Positions 51,501-62,400 of a stretch of DNA of 64,000 nt are shown here, in pieces. The DNA lies in contig JBHGNT010000011.1 of the NCBI GenBank assembly GCA_043228905.1, positions 6,820,001 to 6,884,000 of the forward strand, written 5' to 3'. The stretch's first letter is position 1. The number at the start of each line of letters is the position of its first letter. Source of the DNA: Azolla caroliniana (taxonomy: Eukaryota > Plantae > Polypodiophyta). Below the pieces are notes generated by a model. It was not told the DNA's origin, did no database searches, and worked only from the letters and a program-made list of their open reading frames with translations. The translations under genes and the position numbers were made by a program.

Positions 51501-53279
51501 TCATTTATCGTAGCTCTTTGCCGGGCACTGGTTACTGTAGTGGCCTTCCTGCCTGCAGTAATAGCAGTACTCTTTACGGGTATTGCTGGATTCAGCATTG
51601 CTGGTATCCGGAGTCGGTCCCGTAGTGAGTGGTGCGTTCTGTGCCGGTTGGCTCCTTGGGGTTCCATGTTCCGGGTCCCTAGTGTGACCACCTTTCTTGA
51701 AATTACGTTTCTTATTATTCTTATTTTTATTTCGGTAGTCCGGTCGTGGTGGATCGTAAAATCGGCCGTAGTCCTCCTGGTGCCTTCGGTAACCAGGGGA
51801 ATGGTCTCTGTCGTATTGCTCGTGTCGTCTGTTGGACTCCCGATAACGGTCCGATCGCTCATACCGGTCGTAGTTATCATGCCGATTCCCGTACCGGCCA
51901 TCATTCTCTTGTCTGTCTCCGTACCGGACATCCTGTGCCGATCGGTACCGGTTCATTCTTTGCCAACGATCGTCATCTTCGTCTCGGCTGCTTCTTGGCT
52001 CGATCCGTCGGACGGGTGGTGCTTGTCGGTTTAACAGGTTATACTCGCACCGGTCCGTTGTATGACTCTTGGATTGACAAATCACACACTGAGTTCTCAT
52101 GGTGCACTCCACTGCCGAGTGTCCGGCATTCAAGCAGATTGTGCATTGAATTGCCTGCCGGAACCGGAGATCTTCATCGGTGGGTAACGCCCGTTGCAGT
52201 GTTCCCAGTGTAAGCCATGAGCTTGACTTTTCCATTTCTCTGACCCGGTCAATGACCTGGTCAATGGTGCTTCCTCGAAAGTCGATTACTGTACACACCG
52301 TGCGTAACGGTTCCCGGAGTGCGTTTAAGAATATCGTCCGTAATTCCTCCTCCGGGGGTGCACGGGCAAGCTGGCTATGCATTCGTTGGAAACGGATGAC
52401 GAATTGGGGAATGCTTTCCCCTGCCTCCTGTCGGATCGTATAAAACAGGCCCACCATTGTCGTCTGGTCGACCTCCTTGTGGAAAAAATGCAAGAATTTT
52501 GCTTTTAATTCTGCAAAGGTTGTGATGGTCGCCGGGTCCTGCGTCCGCCGCCATCGTGTTGCTGGTCCTTCCAACGTGACCCCGAATTCCGCTATCTTCG
52601 AGCGTTCTTCTTCCTCCAATGTCATTCGCTGGGACGTGTGATTTGCTTCCCATGTCTGCTCGAAGGCATGAACATGCGCTTCCGCGTCCGGATCATCGCG
52701 ATACTTTGAGTATTGGAACGGCATGTCGTCGTCCAGTGTTAGGCCGCGGTTTAGTGGCGTTTGTTGATATCTTTCCGGTTTTCTCTCCGGTTCGTCTTCC
52801 GGTACCTTCGCCGGCTCTTTCGTTGGTGCCGGTGGCTTTGCTTCTTCCACTTCCGGTGTTGGTGGGTTGACGGCTTCCGTTTGCGGTTCCGGATAGCCCT
52901 GGTCGAGCGGTTCCGGTTCTGGAGTCGGCACGGTATCGGACCCGTCGTCCTCCGGGCCGCCGGGGGTATCGTTGCTGCTCCGGTAGTTCGTGTGCACGCT
53001 GTATCCCCCTTCGGAATCCGATTCGTAGGCTGAAAAGGCTTCTGCCTCGTTTTCTCCGCTTGCCAGCGCCTCGAGGAGGCGTTCGGTTTCCCGGAGACTA
53101 CTTAGACTTCTTCCGTCGTCCTGGTCGCGAGTTTGCTGTAACCGAAGAGATTCCTCCGCGACTCTCCGGATCTCGTTGGAGAACGAACGATTCGAGCGAA
53201 TTTCGTGCGCTGCTTGCTGGAAAGTCTCACGCCGTCTTTGCCGTTCAGCGAGGCGTCGTGCGTTGGTCTCGTCATCCAT
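51501..53279 (-). CDS. gag: Gag with three CCHC-type knuckles
   Basis: IRQEAGESIPQFVIRF, CTICLNAGHSAVEC, CVICQSKSHTTDRC, CYYCRQEGHYSNQC. Confidence 0.9.
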   Translation of the reverse strand: MDDETNARRLAERQRRRETFQQAAHEIRSNRSFSNEIRRVAEESLRLQQTRDQDDGRSLSSLRETERLLEALASGENEAEAFSAYESDSEGGYSVHTNYRSSNDTPGGPEDDGSDTVPTPEPEPLDQGYPEPQTEAVNPPTPEVEEAKPPAPTKEPAKVPEDEPERKPERYQQTPLNRGLTLDDDMPFQYSKYRDDPDAEAHVHAFEQTWEANHTSQRMTLEEEERSKIAEFGVTLEGPATRWRRTQDPATITTFAELKAKFLHFFHKEVDQTTMVGLFYTIRQEAGESIPQFVIRFQRMHSQLARAPPEEELRTIFLNALREPLRTVCTVIDFRGSTIDQVIDRVREMEKSSSWLTLGTLQRALPTDEDLRFRQAIQCTICLNAGHSAVECTMRTQCVICQSKSHTTDRCEYNLLNRQAPPVRRIEPRSSRDEDDDRWQRMNRYRSAQDVRYGDRQENDGRYGNRHDNYDRYERSDRYRESNRRHEQYDRDHSPGYRRHQEDYGRFYDPPRPDYRNKNKNNKKRNFKKGGHTRDPEHGTPRSQPAQNAPLTTGPTPDTSNAESSNTRKEYCYYCRQEGHYSNQCPAKSYDK

Positions 53280-53328
53280 TAAGCCGTCGTTCGCTGCGAG
53301 AAAGCAAGAATCGTGGTCGCCAAAACTG

Positions 53329-53747
53329 TGTTATTCTCTGACCGGACAAGGCCTAACACAAGGTGTCACGGAGACACTTCACCAAAGGGTGATTACGACA
53401 TAGGATTAAGATTCAACGATTACACCGACTTACGTAGGTTACACGATTAGATCGCTTTGGTTAATTACACGCGTAAGATATAAAAGTAAGTACAAAACGG
53501 AAATCAACACAGAAGTATAAACACCATATGCTCTATTAATTATCCGCTGCGATTACAATGGGGTCCGGGCCTTTAAATAGGTTTCCGGCCCGTAGTACAA
53601 AACGGTGCCTATCGCACCTATTCGGGATCCGTCCGGATCTGGAACGGCATACCATTTCCAGTCCGTCCGTCCACACTATTCTTATTTACAACCATACTTA
53701 ATTAATTCCTTCACTCCGTATTTTGGACTCCTTGCCGGCCGGTAACA
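53329..53747 (-). repeat. 5' LTR
   Basis: About 98.8% identical to 43985-44403. Confidence 0.95.
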
Positions 53748-56700
53748 GGTGTTGGAGGATATATCCTCTGTACTACTTGCTCAGACCATGTACCGGAATG
53801 TTGAAAATAAAGCCATGTTGAAAATACATGTCATGTGACTATGTTCGTCCGCAGATGAACTGGAATACCCATGTGTGCACTCGGACGAGATCTTGCTAAT
53901 ATAGTCCCTCCCTCGTTGACGACCCACTTTACGCCCCCAAGTGTTTGAAAGGGATAAAGAATCCAACAGACAAAGAAAGAATGCCCGCAAAGATGACAGG
54001 AGAATTTCGACGCCCTTCGCGTCGTTACCTGGGATCGAACCCGGGTCACCCGCGTGATAGGCGGGAATACTCACCACTATACTACAACGAGATGTTGGAG
54101 AAAGTATCCTTTGTACTACTGGCTCGGACCATGTACCGGAATGTTGAAAATATAGCCCGGTTTTGTCACAAATATATGTTATGCGAAGCTGTTCGTCCGC
54201 ATATGAACTCCAATACCCATGTGTGCACTCGGACTAGATAATGGTAGTATGGACCCTCTCTCCTTGACAACCCACTGCACGCCCCCAAGTGTTTGAAAGG
54301 GATAGAGAATCCAACAGAGCGAGCAACAATGCCCTTGAAATGCCCTAGAAGATGATAGAAGATTTGCCCCGTCCTTCATGCCGTTGGCGGGGATCGAACC
54401 CAGGTCGCCCGCGTGACAGGCGAGAATACTCAACACTATACTACAACGACATTTTGGTGTTCGAGAAAGTATCATTTGTACTACTGGCTCGGACCATGTA
54501 CCGGAATGTCGAAAATATATCCGGATTTGTCGCAAATATATGTTGTGGGAAGTTGTTCGTCCGCATATGACCTGCAATACCAAGGTGTGCACTCGGACTA
54601 GATCATGGTAGTATGGACCCTCTATCCTTGACAACCCACTGTACACCCCCAAATGTTTGAAAGGAATAGAGAATCCAACAGAGCGAGCAACAATGCCCTA
54701 GAAGATGACAGGAGATTTACGCCGTCCTTCACGCCGTAACCGGGAATCGAACCCGGGTCACCCGCGTGACAGGTGGGAATACTCACCACTATACTACAAT
54801 GACAAGTTGGCGTTGGAGAAAGTATCCTTTGTACTACAATGACATGTTGGTGTTGGAGAAAGTATCATTTGTTCTATTGGCTCGAACCATGTACCGGAAT
54901 GTCGAAAATATAGCCCGGTTTCGTCGCCAATGCATGTTATGTGACGATGTTCGTCCGCATATGAACTGGAATACCCATGTGTGCACTCGGACGAGATCAT
55001 GGTAATATAGTCCCTCTCTCGCTGACGACCCACTGTATGCCCCTAAGTGTTCTAAAGGGATAGAGAATCCAACGGACCGAGAAAGAATGCCGTCGAAGAT
55101 GACATGAGATTTGCCACACCTTTCGCGTCGTTGCTGGTGATCGTACCCGGGTCACCCGCGTGACAGGCGGGAATACTCACCAGTATACTAGAACGACATG
55201 TTGGTGTTGGAGGAAGTATAGTATAGTGGTGATTACTACTTGTTCTGATCATGTACCGGAATGTTGAAAACATGGCCCGGTGCCGTCGCCAATCCATGGT
55301 ACATGACGATGTTCGTTCGCATATGAACTCGAATACCCATGTGTGCACTCGGACGAGATCATGGTAATATAGTCCCTCTCTCGTTGACGACCCACTGAAT
55401 GCCCCTAAGTGTTTTAAAGGGATAGAGAATCCAACGGACCAAGAAAGAATGCCCTCGAAGACAACATGAGATTTGCCACGCCTTTCACGTCGTTGCTGGT
55501 GATCGAACCCGGGTCACCCACGTGACAGGAGGGAATACTCACCAGTATACTAGAAGTACATGTTGGTATTGGAGGAAGTATAGTATAGTGGTGAGTACTA
55601 CTTGTTCTGATCATGTACCGGAATGTCAAAAACATGGCCCGGTGTCGTCGCCAATCCATGGTACATGGTGATGTTCGTTCGCATATGAACTCGAATACCC
55701 ATGTGTGCACTCGGACTAGATCATGGTAGTATGGACCCTCTCTCCTTGACAACCCACTGTATGCCCCCAAATGTTTGAAAGGGATAGAGAATCCAACAGA
55801 GCGAGCAACAATGCCCTAGAAGATGACAGGAGATTTGCGCCGTCCTTCACGCCGTTGCCGGGGATCGAACCCGGGTCACCCGCGTGAGAGGCGGGAATAC
55901 TCACAACTATACTACAACAAGAAGTTGGCGTTAGAGAAAGTATCCTTTCTACTACTGGCTCGGACCATGTACCGGAATGTCGAAAATATAGCCCGGTTTT
56001 GTCGCAAATATATGTTATGCGAAGCTGTTCCTCCGCATATGGAGTCCAATACCCATGTGTGCACTCGGACTAGATCATGGTAGTATGGACCCTCTCTCCT
56101 TGCAAGGCACTGCACGCCCCCAAGTGTTAGAAAGGGATAGAGAATCCAACACAGCGACCAACAATGCCCGAGAAGATGATAGGAGATTTGCCCCGTCCTT
56201 CATGCCTTACCCAGGGATTGAACCCGGGTCACCCGCGTGACAGGCGAGAATACTCACCAGTATACTACAACGACATGTTGGTGTTGGAGAAAGTATCATT
56301 TGTTCTACTGGCTCGGACCATGTACCGGAATGTCGAAAATATATCCCAGTTTTGTCGCAAATATATGTTGTGCGAAGCTTTTCGTTCGGATATGAACTCG
56401 AATACCCATGTGTGCACTCGGAGTAGATCATGGTAGTATGGACCCTCTCTCCTTGACAACCCACTGTATGCCCCCAAATGTTTGAAAGGGATAGAGAATC
56501 CAACAGAGCGAGCAACAATGCCCTAGAAGATGACAGGAGATTTGCGCCGTCCTTCACGCCGTTGCCGGGGATCGAACCCGGGTCACCCGCGTGAGAGGCG
56601 GGAATACTCACCACTATACTACAACAAGAAGTTGGCGTTAGAGAAAGTATCCTTTCTACTACTGGCTCGGACCATGTACCAGAATGTCGAAAATATAGCC

Positions 56701-59479
56701 CGGTTTTGTCGCAAATATATGTTATGCGAAGCTGTTCCTCCGCATATGGAGTCCAATACCCATGTGTGCACTCGGACTAGATCATGGTAGTATGGACCCT
56801 CTCTCTTTGCAAGGCACTGTACGCCCCCAAGTGTTAGAAAGGGATAGAGAATCCAACACAGCGACCAACAATGCCCGAGAAGATGATAGGAGATTTGCCC
56901 CGTCCTTCATGCCTTACCCAGGGATTGAACCCGGGTCACCCGCGTGACAGGCGAGAATACTCACCAGTATACTACAACGACATGTTGGTGTTGGAGAAAG
57001 TATCATTTGTTCTACTGGCTCGGACCATGTACCGGAATGTCGAAAATATATCCCAGTTTTGTCGCAAATCTATGTTGTGCGAAGCTTTTCGTTCACATAT
57101 GAACTGCAATACCCATGTGTGCACTCGGACTAGATCATGGTAGTATGGACCCTCTCTCCTTGACAACCCACTGTATGCCCCCAAATGATTGAAAGGGATA
57201 GAGAATCCAACAGAGCGAGCAACAATGCCCTAGAAGATGAGAGGAGATTTGCGCCGTCCATCACGCCGTTGCCGGGGATCGAACCCGGGTGACCCGCGTG
57301 AGAGGCGGGAATACTCACCACTATACTACAACAAGAAGTTGGCGTTAGAGAAAGTATCCTTTCTACTACTGGCTCGGACCATGTACCGGAATGTCGAAAA
57401 TATAGCCGGTTTTGTCGCAAATATATGTTATGCGAAGCTGTTCGTCCGCATATGGAGTCCAATACCCATGTGTGCACTCGGACTAGATCATGGTAGTATG
57501 GACCCTCTCTCCTTGCAAGGCACTGTACGCCCCCAAGTGTTAGAAAGGGATAGAGAATCCAACACAGCGACCAACAATGCCCGAGAAGATGATAGGAGAT
57601 TTGCCCCGTCCTTCATGCCTTACCCAGGGATTGAACCCGGGTCACCCGCGTGACAGGCGAGAATACTCACCAGTATACTACAACGACATGTTGGTGTTGG
57701 AGAAAGTATCATTTGTTCTACTGGCTCGGACCATGTACCGGAATGTCGAAAATATATCCCAGTTTTGTCGCAAATATATGTTGTGCGAAGCTTTTCGTTC
57801 GCATATGAACTGCAATACCCATGTGTGCACTCGGACTAGATCATGGTAGTATGGACCGTCTCTCCTTGACAACCCACTGTACGCCCCCAAATGTTTGAAA
57901 GGGATAGATAATCCAACAGAGCGGGCAACAATGCCCTAGAAGATGACAGGAGATTTGCCCCGTCCTTCATGCCGTTGTCGGGGATCGAACCCGGGTGACC
58001 CGCGTGACAGGCGGGAATACTCACCACTATACTACAATAACATGGTGGTGTTCGAGAAAGTATCATTTGTACTACTGGCTTGGACCTTGTACCGGAATGT
58101 CGAAAATATATCCCGGATTGGTCGCAAATATATGTTGTGCGAAGCTATTAGTCCGCATATGAACTACAATACCCATTTGTGCACTCGGACTAGGTCATGG
58201 TAGTATGGACCCTCTCTCCTTGACAACCCACTGTACGCCCCCAAATGTTTGAAAGGGATAGAGAAGCCAACAGAGCGAGCAACAATGCCCTAGAAGATGA
58301 CAGGAGATTTGAGCCGTCCTTCACACCGTTGCTGGGGATCGAACACGGGTCACCCGCGTGACAGGCGGGAATACTCACCACTATACTACAACATGTTGGC
58401 GTTGGAGAAAGTATCCTCTGTACTACTGGCTCGGAGCATGTATCGGAATGTAGAAAATATAGCTCGGTTTCGTCACAAATATATGTTATGAGAAGCTGTT
58501 CCTCCGCATATGAACTCCAATACCCATGTGTGCACTCGGACTAGATCATGGTAGTATGGACCCTCTCTCTGTGATAACCCACTGTACACCCCCAAATGTT
58601 TGAAAGTGATAGAGAATCCAAAAAAGCGAGCAACAATGCCCTAGAAGATGAAAGGAGATTTGAGCCGTCCTTCACGCCGTTGCTGGGGATCGAACACGGG
58701 TCACTTGCGTGACAGGCGGGAATACTCACCACTATATTACAACGACATGTTGGCTTTGGAGAAAGTATCCTCTGTACTACTGGCTCGGACCATGTACCGT
58801 AATGTAGAAAATATAGCCCGGTTTCGTCACAAATATATGTTATGCGAAGCTGTTCGTCCGCATATGAACTCCAATACCCATGTGTGCACTCGACCTAGAT
58901 CATGGTCGTATGGAGCCACTCTCCTTGACAACCTACTGTAAGCCCCCAAGTGTTTGAAAGGAATAGAGAATCCAACAGAGCGAGCAACAATACCCTAGAA
59001 GATGATAGAAGATTTGCCCAGTCCTTCACGCTGTTGCCGGGGATCGAACCCGGGTCACCCTCGTGACAGGCGGGAATACTTACCACTATACTACAACGAC
59101 ATGTTGGTGTTCGAGAAAGTATCATTTATACTACTGGCTCGGATCATGTACCGGAATGTCGAAAATATATCCCGGTTTTGTCGCAAATATATGTTGTGCG
59201 AAGCTGTTTGTCCGTATATGAATTGCAATACCCATGTGTGCACTCGGACTAGATCATGGTAGTATGGACCCTCTCTCCTTAACGACCCACTGTACGCCCC
59301 CAAGTGTTTGAAAGGGATAGAGAATCCAACAGAGCGAGCAACAATGCCCTAGAAGATGACAGGAGATTTTCCCTGTCCTTCACGCTGTTGCCGGGGATCG
59401 AACCCGGGTCACCCTCGTGACAGGCGGGAATACTTACCACTATACTACAACGACATGTTGGTGTTGGAGAAAGTATTTT
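53748..59479 (-). repeat. tRNA-Asp tandem repeat, ~16 units, including a 707-bp dimeric higher-order repeat x3
   Basis: ORF starts 55823/56530/57237 and 56164/56871/57577. Confidence 0.93.
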
Positions 59480-62400
59480 TGTCTGCCTGGCTGTACTAGC
59501 CTCAACACAGGTGTCTATCCGACACTTCTCCAAAGGGGTGGTAAGGATTGGATGCTAGGTTACACGCGTAAGATGATTACAATTAAGCACAGACGGTAAA
59601 CAATACGAAGATACAGATAAACACGCAATAATTACTATTGTATTACTTTCGTCAAACCCTTTACAAATCATCGGATCCTTTTATAGGCATCCGGCAAGGT
59701 TACAATCGGTGCGCTTAGGCAACCGACATCCGAATCGGTACAACTGTACCTGATCCGTCCCTCCGAATAATAATTCTACTATTATTTACTTCCTATTATC
59801 CGATCCGACTCCGCCTTCCCACTTGTCTTTGCTCTTCTGACCGGCCAACACATGGCACGCCCGTGGGAAAGTGCCTTGCACTTCGAATCCACTCCCGGCC
59901 TCATTCTTCCTCCAAAATATCGAGCACACTCTGCTCGATGGTGTCAAGTGGTGCTTCTTCCTTCTGTTCCTGTTCCTTGCCTGCCTGGTCTCCGAGCTCC
60001 GGTTGGGTGGGTTGTTCCGTAAAAATTTGCTGCTCCGGCTCTGCTTGATTCTGTGGTGCCGTGCTTCCTCACCGCTTCGTCCGGGTTCCTCCTGTTCTCC
60101 CTCTGTTCCAGGCTCTGTTCTTTTACCAGTGTCGCTTTCTCCGGTTTCGACTGGTTGGCTCGGTACGCCTTCTTCCTCTGCTCTGGTGTCTTCTGGTCTC
60201 AGCTCTTCTGGTCTCCGCCATCGGGCTGCTTCTGCTCTTTTTCTTCTCCTTCGATCGGAAGTTCTTCTTCGGGTATTCCTCGTCGGGGTTGTTCGGTGTC
60301 GGTTGGTTCAATTTCAGCCGGTCGCTCTCCCTCACTTATCGTGATTGGCTTCGTTTTTCCCTTAGCTTCCTATCGTAACCGATCCTGCTCGTATCTCTCC
60401 AACTCCAACTGAGTTGCGAGCTGCCCGTCATCCAACCTCTCTACCAACCCTCGGATTTCTTTGAGGTGTTCTTCTGCTAAAGTGTAGAAATCCTCCGACA
60501 ATTCTTCCCGAATGGCGACGATACTTTCTTCATCCATCTTGTAGAACTTGTCACCGGTCTTCCTCTGATTCTCGGCATCCGCTCGGAGTGTCTGCAGCTC
60601 GGCTGCCTGTTGTGACCACTCCTTCCATAGCTTTTCCATACTTTCGTTGATGCTTGCTTGAGCTCGGGTACTCCATCCTGACATGATGACCTTGATCCGG
60701 TCAACCCCCGCCTTAGCATGCGCATAAGCTTATTGCTTTTCCTTCCTTGCCCGGTTTATAATGTCGGCCATTATCTGAGCCTGGGCCTCGTAATCCGTTT
60801 TTTGCTTTTCATAGGTACTTTGCAGTTTGCTGATCGTGAAGGTCGATTTTTCCTTTTCTTCATTCCTAATCTTGGTCAGATCCAGCTTTTCCCGCCTTAG
60901 CGCCTCTAATTCCTTCCTTCTCTCCGTCGCTTGGGCTATTTCCGCTGACAATGCCTCCTTATTGGCACTGACCTCATCCATTGCCTTAGCCAGGTCTAAT
61001 CGGGTCTCTTTGAGCTGTTCTTTCATCTTCTCTATTTGCCGGTCGTAGTCTGCTGCCCGTTTCTTGTTGTCCGACTCGGCCTACTTGTGATCTCGGTAGA
61101 GACGGTCGAAGTCCTCCGTCTTCTGCTTCAGGCGTCGGTTTGCCTGAGCTCTTAACCGATCGTCCCGGTCCTTCTGTTGTCGGAGTTCTTCCTGCAGTCG
61201 TTTTATCTTCTGCTCGGCATGTCGACGTAGTCGGTTCTTCTCCTTTTGCAGCTTCTCTTTTTCTTCTTGCAGTCGGTCATTAGCGGCTCGACCTTTCCGG
61301 AGGCCTTCTTCCATTTTTCGTCTGTCGTCCTCCATCGATTTCCACTGCTCCCTTTCTCTTTCCCTTAATGCCTCCTGAGCTTTTAACTCCTCTCGTAAGG
61401 TTTCTATTATTTTTTCGGTCTCAGGGCCGGTTTGCAAGGCTACCGGTTCCGGTTCTGGTTGCTTCCTTGTTGTCCCGACCGGCTCGGTGACAACTTGTGC
61501 TTGTTGAATTCCTTCCCTTGCCTGCAACAGCTCCCCTTGCATTTCCTCGATCTGTGTTCGGAGCGCGACCAACTCCTGAGTTGTTGTATGCGTCAGCTGT
61601 TGCCTACACGTTTCTTCTTTCTCTAACTGGTCCGCTACTCCCAATAACTGCTCCGAAAGCCATCTCAGCCATTGTGGCTTTGTTCTTCCTGTGTCGGGGT
61701 GGCCTTGCTCACTTAACTCAGGCTGTTTTTCCGGCCTTTTCTCTGGCTCCGGCGCTTGTTCATTCTTCTTCTCTGGGATGACCGGTTCTCTGAAGTCCGG
61801 CACAACCAGTGTCGGTGCTGCTTCCTTTGGTACGGGTTCCGGTAGTTCTTCCGCCTCGGCTACTGGAGGTGGTCCTTGCGACCTCTCCTGAGTTTTGTCA
61901 ACTGGTGGAGCCGGTCCTTTTGCCCGTCTCTCCCGACCCTGTCTTGCTGGGAGTCTTACCAGTGGTTCGGATGAGTCTTCTGTTTCAGCTTCCTCCTCCG
62001 GTGCGGCTACCAAGCGGACCTTTTGTATAACGTCCTCTGGTTCCGGTTCCGGCCGTCACAGCGTTATATGGATTGGTTTGCGCGCTACCGGTTCCTCCTC
62101 TGCCGATTTCCCTTTGCCTTTACCTGCCGGTTTTGCCTTTGTTGCCTGTTCCTGTTGCTGTCGAGATGGTCCTTCCCCCCGCTGTTCTGCTTCTTGCTGG
62201 GTCCATCCGGGGGTGTGTTTCTCCAAGATCTGTCGGCGCTTTGTGACCTTTTTCGGCGTCGTCTCCTGCCGACCTCTTTTCTTTTGTGTGATGGGGAGCA
62301 CCGGTGGGACTAACACCGTTAGCCATTGTGCTATCCCGGCCCATGGCTTTTTTCCTTCCACAAGATTCTTGATGGCCTCCTTCAATCCTTCGGTTATGAA

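Larger units (their letters stand above)
43985..53747 (-). mobile_element. Full-length non-chromovirus Ty3/Gypsy element with extra 3' ORF; 5-bp TSD GGTGT
   Basis: 419-bp LTRs 43985-44403 and 53329-53747 with 5 mismatches seen; TSD 43980-43984/53748-53752; PBS TGGCGACCAC (tRNA-Arg-like) ~53313-53322. Confidence 0.96.

Noticed and set aside
44810-52213. Long + strand ORFs opposite gag, pol and ORF3
   Set aside because: Antisense shadows of GC-rich coding sequence
12460-59479. Dozens of short ORFs such as MVSIPACHAGDPGSIPG and REYSPLYYNDML as a protein family
   Set aside because: They are translations of the tRNA-Asp repeat in various frames, with no frame conservation
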